From contig JAYZAC010000201.1 in NCBI GenBank assembly GCA_036339875.1, positions 1-21,697 of the forward strand: a DNA stretch of 21,697 nt, written 5' to 3'. Under the pieces are notes generated by a model. It was not told the DNA's origin, ran no database searches, and was given only the letters and a program-made list of their open reading frames with translations. This document shows positions 8,938-17,204 of this stretch, in pieces. How positions within the stretch are numbered: the stretch's first letter is position 1; every line of letters starts with the position of its first letter. This stretch comes from a bacterium. GTDB lineage: Bacteria; Muiribacteriota; UBA6191. The position numbers and the translations under genes are program-made.

Positions 8938-10313
8938 AGCAAGCTGGAATCCGTTTTGTATTATCACTACTATTAATAAATTTCATTCATTCTAACCCTT
9001 TTGTAGATCGTAATACGATCAGCAAAATAGTTGAAAATCGAAGTAAGTCGGTGGTCAATGTTAGTGCTAAATTTAGAAGAAATACGAATAACTACAAGCG
9101 TATTCCCGGCATGTTCGGTTATTTTTTTCATCCGCCCATACAACCACGAACGAAGGCGGGTGAAGGTAGTGGTGTAATTACAAGTCGAGATGGATTAATA
9201 TTAACAAATAGTCATGTAGTTAATGAGGCAGACGAGATAGTAGTAACTTTGGCTGATGGGCGTAAGTTCAATGCTACTTTAGATAACCAAAATCCCGTTG
9301 TAGATTTAGCTTTACTACGAATTGAGGACGCTTCTTTTAATGGTAATCTTAGTTCGGAATACGTAGCTGCTCTAGGTAATTCTGATGATCTGAAAGTGGG
9401 CGAATGGGTTATCGCAATTGGTTCACCATTCAGTTTGGAGGGTACTGTCACAGCAGGAATCGTATCAGCGAAAGGAAGAAATCTGGGGCAATCTAAGAGC
9501 TTAAATTATGGTAATCTTATTCAAACTGACGCATCTATAAATCCAGGTAACAGCGGTGGTCCGTTATTAAATCTTGATGGAAAAGTTGTAGGCATCAACA
9601 CAGCTATTAATCCCAACGGTCAGGGTTTAGGTTTTTCAATTCCTATAAATTTAGCTCGTCGAATGATTTCTGATGTAGAACAGTTCGGAGAAATTCAGCA
9701 ATCATGGCTGGGTGTTGCTGTGCAAGATGTTACCCAAAATATTGCAGCGTATCTAGGTTTAGATATTCCGAAAGGTGCTTTGATTCAAAAAGTTATTGAT
9801 GGTACACCAGCTCAAGAGGCAGGTCTAACAGCGGGTGATGTTATTCTTAAGGTGAATAGTCTTGAAATTAAAGATAAAGATCAACTCATATATAGAATAC
9901 AAGAAATTCCTGTCGGAGAAACCATCAATCTTCAAGTGAGTCGACGCGGTAATATAATAGCGTTAAAGGCAAAATTAGCTCAAAAAAAAGACTATAATAA
10001 AATAAGCCGATTACCTAACAAATCAGGCATCACGACTGCTAGTATAAATAAAGAAGATCGGAAACGTTTGGGGCTACATTCAGAAACCAAAGGAGTTGTT
10101 GTTAAGAGTGTCAGACCGTCAAGTTTTGCAGATAAAGTTGGATTCGAGAAAGATGATGTGATTTTACAAATCAATCAAGTCTCAATAAAAAGTGGATCAA
10201 GAGTGAAGAGTTTGATAACAGAATATTTAGGCGATCAATCTTCAAGTTTTCTTGCAATGATTATTAGGGAAGGAAAAATAAAATATTTAGAGGGAGACAA
10301 GGAGGGGTCTTAA
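8934..10313 (+). CDS. degP: DegP/DegQ (HtrA) periplasmic serine protease with two PDZ domains
   Basis: Signal peptide, catalytic triad motifs TNSHVV, VDLAL and GNSGG, IQTDASIN, two PDZ repeats (WLGV...GDVIL; GIT...DDVIL), AAGGAG SD. Confidence 0.93.
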   Translation: MKQAGIRFVLSLLLINFIHSNPFVDRNTISKIVENRSKSVVNVSAKFRRNTNNYKRIPGMFGYFFHPPIQPRTKAGEGSGVITSRDGLILTNSHVVNEADEIVVTLADGRKFNATLDNQNPVVDLALLRIEDASFNGNLSSEYVAALGNSDDLKVGEWVIAIGSPFSLEGTVTAGIVSAKGRNLGQSKSLNYGNLIQTDASINPGNSGGPLLNLDGKVVGINTAINPNGQGLGFSIPINLARRMISDVEQFGEIQQSWLGVAVQDVTQNIAAYLGLDIPKGALIQKVIDGTPAQEAGLTAGDVILKVNSLEIKDKDQLIYRIQEIPVGETINLQVSRRGNIIALKAKLAQKKDYNKISRLPNKSGITTASINKEDRKRLGLHSETKGVVVKSVRPSSFADKVGFEKDDVILQINQVSIKSGSRVKSLITEYLGDQSSSFLAMIIREGKIKYLEGDKEGS

Positions 10314-10326
10314 ACGTATACGTAAA

Positions 10327-10854
10327 TTAATATGCCGAATTGGGATCAACTCTTATTGTGGCATTCAATTTAAATTGTGAGCCATCGAAAATAATTGAAG
10401 CTCCTTCTAATTGACTTACTGATTGAGGAAATAAACTTATATCAACATTTGGTAAGCAAGCTAGGATTAACATTTCAACAGCACCTGCATGAGAAACAAA
10501 CAATGCTCGATGGTCTGGTTCTAGGTTTGTGAGACAGGCGCGAAAAAAGAGCTCATATCTTTGACGGCATTGATTTACTTGTGGAAAATTTTTAATAGCC
10601 GCTTTAAATGCATGGAATCCGGCAGAATATGGAACTAAAACTTGAACTTCTTTGGGTAAAAAGCCTAAGATTTCATTAGTTTCTGTGATAGCAGAACCCA
10701 AGGCTACTGCAGTTTCCATCGCTCGTTGAATTGGGCTTGTAATTACTAAATCGAAAGGCTTTTCATTTTGTGATTTAGCTAATTTTATGCCTGTATTGCT
10801 TAAGTGCTTACTGGCTCCTTGTATACTATGACGACGAATCTGAAATTCAACCAT
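10327..10854 (-). CDS. Histidine phosphatase superfamily protein (PGM/SixA-like)
   Basis: N-terminal RHS (RHG-like) motif, LSxxG, TSPIQRAMETA, VSHAG. Start probably ATG 10854 (MVEFQIRRHS). The track start at 10881 overlaps the opposite gene's ATG. Confidence 0.85.
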   Translation of the reverse strand: MVEFQIRRHSIQGASKHLSNTGIKLAKSQNEKPFDLVITSPIQRAMETAVALGSAITETNEILGFLPKEVQVLVPYSAGFHAFKAAIKNFPQVNQCRQRYELFFRACLTNLEPDHRALFVSHAGAVEMLILACLPNVDISLFPQSVSQLEGASIIFDGSQFKLNATIRVDPNSAY

Positions 10855-10863
10855 GATTGTATC

Positions 10864-10871
10864 AGTATAAT
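10864..10871. promoter_or_regulatory. Overlapping divergent -10 elements (putative bidirectional promoter)
   Basis: AGTATAAT gives TATAAT on + (10866-10871) and TATACT on - (10869-10864). These lie 8 and 9 nt from the two divergent ATGs. Confidence 0.5.
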
Positions 10872-10879
10872 AGATTGAC

Positions 10880-12493
10880 ATGCGCTGGTCAGTGATTCTT
10901 ATTTTACTATGCTTATTTTTTCTGGGATTATCGCTACATACCCAGAGTCAACTGGTATCTACAGGAACAGTTGATCAACGAACGGTTACAAAAATTCAGC
11001 AATTGAAAACTGATTTCATTAACACTAATGAACCTTTGCATACTTTTCATATTACAGAGTTATCACAAGCTAGAATTGATCCGGTATTACTAGATCCTGG
11101 AAGTAATCTACCTAGAACACATCGTTATCCTTATCGAGAGATTCAAGCACTATTTCAAGGGATGCAAACTTGTAGGTTTCCACGTTCAGTAAGTCTCGAG
11201 AACATAGAATTGAGAAAAGCCATGTTTTGGCACCAATACATCTGCGGAAAGTTACCGGGATTACCAAAAAGATTTTTTCTTACTCGACCTTTGATACATC
11301 CCTTAGGTAGTTCTTATGTTTATCTTGCCTATAAGTCTGCGATTCCCGCATTTAAAGAAATTGGATTTTTGGATACTCATAAACCTTATATGCATCTACA
11401 GGAGATGAGCAATCTACCCTCTGGGTTGAGTCTAAGTAAGTCGGAGCAGGTGATAATGGATCTTGATCCAATTCAGCTCGAACATTACTTTCAGGCCGCA
11501 CCAACAATTTTGACAAAAAATTTCATATTGATGAATGATGATAAAGAACCAAGTCCATTACCTAGATATCGAGTATATGATCGTCTAGCTTGGGAAGAAT
11601 TTTGGCTAAAAAGTCGTTTTCGAACTCAATACGCGAACGATGATTACGCTATTTATCAGCAAGGTAATTTGGCGTGGACAATGAATCGCAATAAACTAGA
11701 AAGTAAATCCCAAAAATACAATTTATATGCAGGAAGTTCAGCAATTCTATTGGCATTAAATATTTTGTTCATCCTCTACAGAGAAATACGACGTAAAGTT
11801 ACCGAACAGCAAGAACGTCTTTTTATATTACAGACTCTTACCCATGAATTACGCACACCAGTTGCATCTATGAAACTGAATTTGGAGCCATTTCGTCGCA
11901 ATTTTGATCACCTAGCGCCGGATGGACAAAAGGCTTTCTTAAGAATGACTGAGGGCGTTCGACGCTTGAATCATGTAATTAAAGCTTCTAGTCAATATTT
12001 ACAAAGTCATACTGAAGAAGGTCAAATGAAGTTTCAAATGGACGCAGTTCATTCTGTCAACGAACTAGCGGCCTATATAGTTGAGGATTTTGTAAGTGAC
12101 CATGTCGAGATTAAGCTAATTGAAACAGATCAGGATTTATCACTGTATGTGGATGTGTATTGGTTGAGTATGTGTCTAAAAAATTTATTTAAAAATGCTC
12201 AAAAGTATGGAGTTGCTCCAATACAACTGAAAGTAATTTCGAGAGGTGTAAAGGAAGTAGGTTTTGCAGTAATTGATCAAGGACAACTCGAACTGAGTAC
12301 CTTAAAAGGATTTTTGAGTCCATTTCAGAGACAGTCAAAAGAAGAAGGTTTGGGATTAGGCTTAACTTTAGTGAATCGAATTGCTAAAAAGATGGGCGGA
12401 CGATTAGAAGTAAAAGCAAGACCGACTACTTTCTGTCTATGGATGCCAGCATTTAATTCAAAGGAAGATTATGACGAAATTATTACTGGTTGA
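10880..12493 (+). CDS. Sensor histidine kinase, VxrA/WigK-like (DUF3404-type periplasmic sensor)
   Basis: Two TM segments flank a large periplasmic domain with LIHPLGSSY. H-box LQTLTHELRTP followed by FRRNFDHL, N-box NLFKNAQKY, G1 DQG, G2 GLGLGL. The kinase call is firm. The VxrA assignment is from remembered motifs. Confidence 0.85.
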   Translation: MRWSVILILLCLFFLGLSLHTQSQLVSTGTVDQRTVTKIQQLKTDFINTNEPLHTFHITELSQARIDPVLLDPGSNLPRTHRYPYREIQALFQGMQTCRFPRSVSLENIELRKAMFWHQYICGKLPGLPKRFFLTRPLIHPLGSSYVYLAYKSAIPAFKEIGFLDTHKPYMHLQEMSNLPSGLSLSKSEQVIMDLDPIQLEHYFQAAPTILTKNFILMNDDKEPSPLPRYRVYDRLAWEEFWLKSRFRTQYANDDYAIYQQGNLAWTMNRNKLESKSQKYNLYAGSSAILLALNILFILYREIRRKVTEQQERLFILQTLTHELRTPVASMKLNLEPFRRNFDHLAPDGQKAFLRMTEGVRRLNHVIKASSQYLQSHTEEGQMKFQMDAVHSVNELAAYIVEDFVSDHVEIKLIETDQDLSLYVDVYWLSMCLKNLFKNAQKYGVAPIQLKVISRGVKEVGFAVIDQGQLELSTLKGFLSPFQRQSKEEGLGLGLTLVNRIAKKMGGRLEVKARPTTFCLWMPAFNSKEDYDEIITG

Positions 12494-13154
12494 AGATGAC
12501 AGAATACTACAAGAATCAATACAAGATTGCTTAAAGCTAGAAGGTTTTGAGGTCTTGGTTTCAAGTTCATTAGAAGAAGCTAGAACTTATCTTGAACATC
12601 AACCTGATTTAATCATTCTCGATTGGATGCTTCCTGATGGGCAGGGTATCGAAATTTTGAGAGATCTACAGCGTGAAGAGGATCGAATCCCGACCATTAT
12701 GCTTACAGCCCGATCAGACTTGATAGATAAAGTTCTTGGTTTAGAAATGGGTGCAGATGATTATATAACAAAGCCATTTGAACTACGTGAACTTGTTGCT
12801 CGAATTAGGGTTCAATTAAGAAATAGATCCGATAATTCGTTTTCAACTGAGACTCAGAACAATAATTCTTTATTAAATGTACACGGAATTTCGATGAATT
12901 TGGCAAGCATGCAAGTGGAATATGAGAATCAAGCAGTACAGTTAACTAAGATGGAATATTCACTGTTGAAGATGTTTTTAGAAAGCCCAGGACAGGTTTT
13001 TAGTAGAGATGAATTATTAGATCAAGTTTGGGGGCTACGATATCCAACAACTCGAACCGTAGATATGCATGTAAGACAACTGAGACAAAAATTTAGTAAC
13101 GAACTATTTGAAACTGTGCATGGTACTGGTTATCGTTTTCGGGCATTACAATGA
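12471..13154 (+). CDS. OmpR/PhoB-family response regulator, VxrB/WigR-like
   Basis: Receiver domain LLVEDD...LDWMLPDG...GADDYITKPF. Winged helix VWG..YPTTRTVDMHVRQLRQK...TVHGTGY. Overlaps the kinase gene end. Confidence 0.92.
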   Translation: MTKLLLVEDDRILQESIQDCLKLEGFEVLVSSSLEEARTYLEHQPDLIILDWMLPDGQGIEILRDLQREEDRIPTIMLTARSDLIDKVLGLEMGADDYITKPFELRELVARIRVQLRNRSDNSFSTETQNNNSLLNVHGISMNLASMQVEYENQAVQLTKMEYSLLKMFLESPGQVFSRDELLDQVWGLRYPTTRTVDMHVRQLRQKFSNELFETVHGTGYRFRALQ

Positions 13155-14098
13155 ATTTAACAGACCTTTATATAGTTATTTTCTTTACATTGGTTCATAT
13201 TGGCTTTACAGACCCTGTACAAAATCAATTTGCTCGAGGAATCAATTCTAACGTACAAAAAGCTCATGAATCATTCTTGAAGGGTGATCTTAAAATGATG
13301 GCTATCAATGTGCGTAATTTATTGAATGCAGACAACGCTAGTATTTATGAACGAAAAAATGTTTTAAGTTTAATTAGTCGGGCGCAAAATCTGATAGGCG
13401 ACGGTTCGATACCTACGGATTGGAAGATTCCTCGTGGAATAAAAGATTTGGTGTTAAGTATACAAACTATAGTTGATCCAAATGGTACATCTCATCAGTT
13501 AATTATGGAGGGTTTAAGTAGCTCTGAAATAGGATTAAAAGGTTTACAAATTATAGATAGGAATAATCGTATTATCTTGAATTCTAAGGATCATGATAGT
13601 CAATGGGGACGAATGTTGATTAAGGATAGTGACTGGTCAAAATTTAATGTCAGAACGGAATTAAATTCTACTTTAGATGAAGGATTATATTTTTTTAACA
13701 TAGAATTAGCGTCAAAATTATTTGAAGGCTGGTTTATATATACGGAAGCAAAAACTAAATCTCGTCGACAATATTCAACACAAGTTGCGAATGCTAACTT
13801 ATTTCAATTGTCTACTTCAGATATTTTTTCAAAAAGAGTTCTTGAGCACAAAAAGATAATTATTAAGCAGGCTACTAAAGAAACGCAGGAAAATGAGTAT
13901 AAAGTAATGCGAGATGCTGCTAATCAAAAAATTTTAGTAATGAAACGTAGAGAAGAATTTGTGTCAAAAGATTTTTTGAATATGAAACAGCAAGACCAAT
14001 CGCCGAATGTCTTAAGAATGAATCACAATACAACTCAGAACTTTGGTGATCTTACGATTCGCAGATTGATTGCAACAGAGGTTTTAATTGATAAGTAG
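13151..14098 (+). CDS. Exported protein, probable VxrC/DUF2861-like
   Basis: Hydrophobic N-terminus and ATGA coupling to the regulator. N-terminal helix VQKAHESFLKGDL resembles what I recall of DUF2861, and it is the third gene of the locus, as vxrC is. Confidence 0.55.
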   Translation: MNLTDLYIVIFFTLVHIGFTDPVQNQFARGINSNVQKAHESFLKGDLKMMAINVRNLLNADNASIYERKNVLSLISRAQNLIGDGSIPTDWKIPRGIKDLVLSIQTIVDPNGTSHQLIMEGLSSSEIGLKGLQIIDRNNRIILNSKDHDSQWGRMLIKDSDWSKFNVRTELNSTLDEGLYFFNIELASKLFEGWFIYTEAKTKSRRQYSTQVANANLFQLSTSDIFSKRVLEHKKIIIKQATKETQENEYKVMRDAANQKILVMKRREEFVSKDFLNMKQQDQSPNVLRMNHNTTQNFGDLTIRRLIATEVLIDK

Positions 14099-14124
14099 CA
14101 ACGCGAAGCTCTTTGATGTTTAAT

Positions 14125-14147
14125 GCTTTCCTGAAAGTTATTTTTTT
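14125..14147 (+). terminator. Possible weak intrinsic terminator after the vxrABC-like genes
   Basis: GCTTT-CCTG-AAAGT stem-loop followed by TATTTTTTT. The stem is short and AU-rich. Confidence 0.25.
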
Positions 14148-14170
14148 GATTTATTGATCGAGGGACAATC

Positions 14171-14611
14171 ATGTCTGGAATTACAATTAAGCTTACTCGT
14201 AGAATTTTAGATGGTCATTTAATGTACGACGTTGAAGGAAATTTAAAGCCTATTCCTTGTGGATCTATGGTTGAGACAAAAATTAAGGATTACTTTAAGG
14301 GTAAAACGGGCGAAAGAATTCCCAGAGAAGGTTTCTTTTTCAGAATTATTGATCGTGAAAATCAACCCCAATTACACGCTGCATATTACAGAGAACAGTA
14401 TGGAGTGGAATCCATCGCTGGTAATATACAATCACCAGGCCGTGAGATAAAATTTATCGATTTACAGCCCACAGATAGACTTTTCTATGCCATAAAAAAT
14501 GAGGATAAAGGTGGTATTGACGGTTTAGTTGAGGAATATAAAGACATTCAAAAGATCATTACCTCAATCGAGGATGAAGAAGAGATTCTAATGATTCAAT
14601 TATCAAAATAA
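14171..14611 (+). CDS. Hypothetical cytoplasmic protein
   Basis: 146-aa ORF with GAGGG SD-like sequence before the ATG and an acidic helical C-terminus. No family recognised. Confidence 0.75.
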   Translation: MSGITIKLTRRILDGHLMYDVEGNLKPIPCGSMVETKIKDYFKGKTGERIPREGFFFRIIDRENQPQLHAAYYREQYGVESIAGNIQSPGREIKFIDLQPTDRLFYAIKNEDKGGIDGLVEEYKDIQKIITSIEDEEEILMIQLSK

Positions 14612-15154
14612 TTCATAAATCCATTTTTTGATTTGTTCAATTATGTAAGTAGTAGAAGTTTTATTTTTTAGTTCTGACTTTAGTTCTTCATTTTCTTTCT
14701 TCAAATCTTCTACGGTCCCAATGAGTAAATCGAGTTTGGTTAGAATTAATTGGTTTTCTAGCTTATGACTATGCTCGATTAGTTGTACTCGGGATTGAAG
14801 ATGCTCCGCAAGTTGTATTCCTATTTGCATTTTTTGCTGAAGTCTTGATTGACCTTTGAATAGAGCATGAAAAGCATTATTATTATTTGTTTTTGTAGTT
14901 TTAACTGCAGTTTTTCGAAGGTGAGAAATGACCTGACCATGACTCCAACCGAGTTTGTGATAACTTAGAATCTGGTATAAATTTTCGGCCAAGCGATTCG
15001 GTAGTGGTTCAGTGCTCGAAGGAATTCTACTCAAATTCAGATCAGTACTATACTCATTTACTATTTTGGTAACAGCAATTAAAGACAACTTAGTTTTATT
15101 TGCTAAGATTTGCAGATTTGTATTCATATCTGTCTGAGTGTTAACTGCGAGCAT
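14603..15154 (-). CDS. Hypothetical protein, possible degenerate MerR-like HTH plus C-terminal coiled coil
   Basis: GGAG 6 nt before ATG 15154 (MLAVN). N-terminal helical pattern LANKTKLS...LYQILSYHKLGWSHGQVISHL, and heptad-like VEDLKKENEELKSELKNK. Confidence 0.65.
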   Translation of the reverse strand: MLAVNTQTDMNTNLQILANKTKLSLIAVTKIVNEYSTDLNLSRIPSSTEPLPNRLAENLYQILSYHKLGWSHGQVISHLRKTAVKTTKTNNNNAFHALFKGQSRLQQKMQIGIQLAEHLQSRVQLIEHSHKLENQLILTKLDLLIGTVEDLKKENEELKSELKNKTSTTYIIEQIKKWIYELF

Positions 15155-15198
15155 TATTTTCTCCAATCATGGCTAGAATATCGACTCAATTTAGATAT

Positions 15199-15228
15199 TT
15201 GACTACTTCCAAAAACTTTTGATATAAG
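15199..15228 (+). promoter_or_regulatory. Candidate sigma70 promoter for the aromatic amino acid operon
   Basis: TTGACT (15199-15204), 18 nt, TGnTATAAG. An alternative -10, TAAAAT, is at 15269-15274. Confidence 0.35.
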
Positions 15229-15282
15229 CAAATTCTCTTACTTAGCAGCGGTTTTGTTTTGTTTGGGATAAAATGATCTACT

Positions 15283-16344
15283 ATGGCAAAAAAAGATGAC
15301 CTTTTCGAACTGGCGGCTTTAAGACAGAAGATTGATTTTCTAGATCATAAAATCGTTGAATATCTTCAAGAGCGAATGAATGTAGCTCGAGATGTAGCTC
15401 AATATAAAATAAATAAAGATTTACCTCTTACTCATCCAGTCAGAGAACAACAATTACTACAGACTCTTAAGTCACACGTTGACAATCCATCGCTCAAGGG
15501 AAAAATTGAAGACTTATACGAATTAATTTTTCAGTGCAGCAAAAAAGAACAGACTACCGTTTTTCTACAACATCTGGATCGTTATAAAGCCCCTCAAAGT
15601 ATAGGAATTTTAGGTTGTGGTCATTTCGGAAGAATGTTAGCGAATCTTTTTAATAGAGTTTTACCAAGTTCGGATTTACGAGTTTATGATAAAAAAGCTC
15701 AATGTTTACCTATAGAAAGTTCTTCACTTGAGGCGGTCGTTAATAGTCAGTGGTTAATACTAGCCGTACCTATCCCTGCTCTAAAATCAGTATTACAACA
15801 AATCGCTGATATTACTCCTAAAGAAACACTTGTAATAGATGTTTGCTCAGTCAAAGTATATCCAGTTAAATGGATGAAAGAGACCCTAGGACATCGTTGT
15901 CAAATTATAGCAAGTCATCCTATGTTTGGGCCCGAATCTACATTACAGGGTAATCATTATGAAGACCTTAATCTTATGCTACATAATGTTAATTCTACCA
16001 AAGATAATTATGAAAATTTTCGAGAATTTTGGAAGTTGATGGGAGTAAACATAGTGGAGATAACACCAGAGGAGCACGATCGTTATGCAGCTTACACTAT
16101 TAATTACAATCACTTTATAGGAAGATTAGGACAGTTGGTTGGGATTCGACCAACTCCCATAGATACTCGTGGATTCAGAATTATGTATAAAGCTCTCGAA
16201 TACGTAACTCATGATACTTGGGAACTTTTCTATTCAATGCAGCATTACAATCCATTTTCAGAAGAAATGATAGAGAGAGTATCTGAATGCGTCAGTGAAT
16301 TAGAGTTAAAACTAGCACAGTATCGGTCTGGAGATAAAACTTGA
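15283..16344 (+). CDS. tyrA: Chorismate mutase (AroQ) fused to prephenate/arogenate dehydrogenase
   Basis: N-terminal AroQ domain (LRQKID..D...ER...VAQYK...RE...SKKEQ). Then GxGxxG (GCGHFG), DVCSVK, HPMFGP and EEHD. Confidence 0.9.
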   Translation: MAKKDDLFELAALRQKIDFLDHKIVEYLQERMNVARDVAQYKINKDLPLTHPVREQQLLQTLKSHVDNPSLKGKIEDLYELIFQCSKKEQTTVFLQHLDRYKAPQSIGILGCGHFGRMLANLFNRVLPSSDLRVYDKKAQCLPIESSSLEAVVNSQWLILAVPIPALKSVLQQIADITPKETLVIDVCSVKVYPVKWMKETLGHRCQIIASHPMFGPESTLQGNHYEDLNLMLHNVNSTKDNYENFREFWKLMGVNIVEITPEEHDRYAAYTINYNHFIGRLGQLVGIRPTPIDTRGFRIMYKALEYVTHDTWELFYSMQHYNPFSEEMIERVSECVSELELKLAQYRSGDKT

Positions 16345-17204
16345 GAGTTTCAATACAAGGCGAACGTGGTTCGTATCATGATTTAGTTGCAAATCATATT
16401 TTTGGTTCTAATTATGAAAGTTTATATAGAGGCAGTTTTACAGAAGTTTTTGAAGATACTTATCGAGGTCGATCAGATTATGGAATTATAGCAATAGAGA
16501 ATAGCATCGTCGGTTCACTTCATGATAACTATGATCTTCTTTTACAATATGAATTGAGAATACATGGCGAGAGGTATCTGCGAATAAGTCATAATTTATT
16601 AGTTAATGAAAATGTTCGTTTGAGAGATATAAAAGAAATAAGGTCCCATCCTATAGCTCTAAGGCAGTGCCGACAGTATCTCGGAAAATATCCATCCTGG
16701 AAAATTGTAGAGGGGCCCGATACGGCAGGAAGTTGTATAGATATTGTAGAAAATAATCTTAGAGATGTTGCAGCAATTGCTTCAAAGTCTGCGGCAGAAG
16801 TATACGGTATGAAAATTTTGGCTAATGGTATTGAAACGAATAAACAAAATTACACTCGCTTTTTTGTGATTGCGCCATCTGCTCGTTATTCTCAACGCAC
16901 AAATAAAACGTCCATTGTTTTTACGGCTGCAGATGAGCCAGGGAGCCTTGGTAGAGTGTTTCAACTATTCAGTGAATTAAATGTAAACATATCAAAAATT
17001 GAATCTAGGCCAGTATTGGGGAGAGTGTGGCAGTATTATTTTTACCTTGATTTCGAAGCAGGTATTAAAGACGAACGTAGTAAAAAAATCTTAGAGAAGA
17101 TACACAATCATGTAAACTTTATGAGAATCTTAGGCAGCTACAAGCAGGGTATTTTAATTGATACAAACAAACTGTATTCAAATTTGGCTAGGGTGGCTAT
17201 ATGA
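16341..17204 (+). CDS. pheA: Prephenate (or arogenate) dehydratase with ACT domain
   Basis: QGERGSY, IENSIVG, SHPIALRQC, DTAGS, NYTRF, IESRP, LGSY. TTG start with GGAG SD overlapping the tyrA stop. Confidence 0.95.
   Translation: MRVSIQGERGSYHDLVANHIFGSNYESLYRGSFTEVFEDTYRGRSDYGIIAIENSIVGSLHDNYDLLLQYELRIHGERYLRISHNLLVNENVRLRDIKEIRSHPIALRQCRQYLGKYPSWKIVEGPDTAGSCIDIVENNLRDVAAIASKSAAEVYGMKILANGIETNKQNYTRFFVIAPSARYSQRTNKTSIVFTAADEPGSLGRVFQLFSELNVNISKIESRPVLGRVWQYYFYLDFEAGIKDERSKKILEKIHNHVNFMRILGSYKQGILIDTNKLYSNLARVAI

Noticed and set aside
9212..10174. - strand ORFs 9212-9451 and 9992-10174
   Set aside because: Antisense shadows of degP.
10314..10323. Perfect palindrome ACGTATACGT between the convergent degP and phosphatase stops
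   Set aside because: Too short for a stable terminator hairpin, single occurrence, compatible with chance.
10855..10881. Track start of the phosphatase at 10881 overlapping the kinase ATG
   Set aside because: The RH motif normally lies within the first ten or so residues, which fits ATG 10854. The longer start leaves no intergenic space.
14259..14450. 63-aa alternative-frame ORF inside the 146-aa gene
   Set aside because: Nested, no SD or motif, and the longer frame has a proper ATG and SD.
15155..15282. Phe/Tyr attenuator leader peptide before tyrA-pheA
   Set aside because: No short Phe/Tyr-rich ORF with an SD and no terminator hairpin seen.
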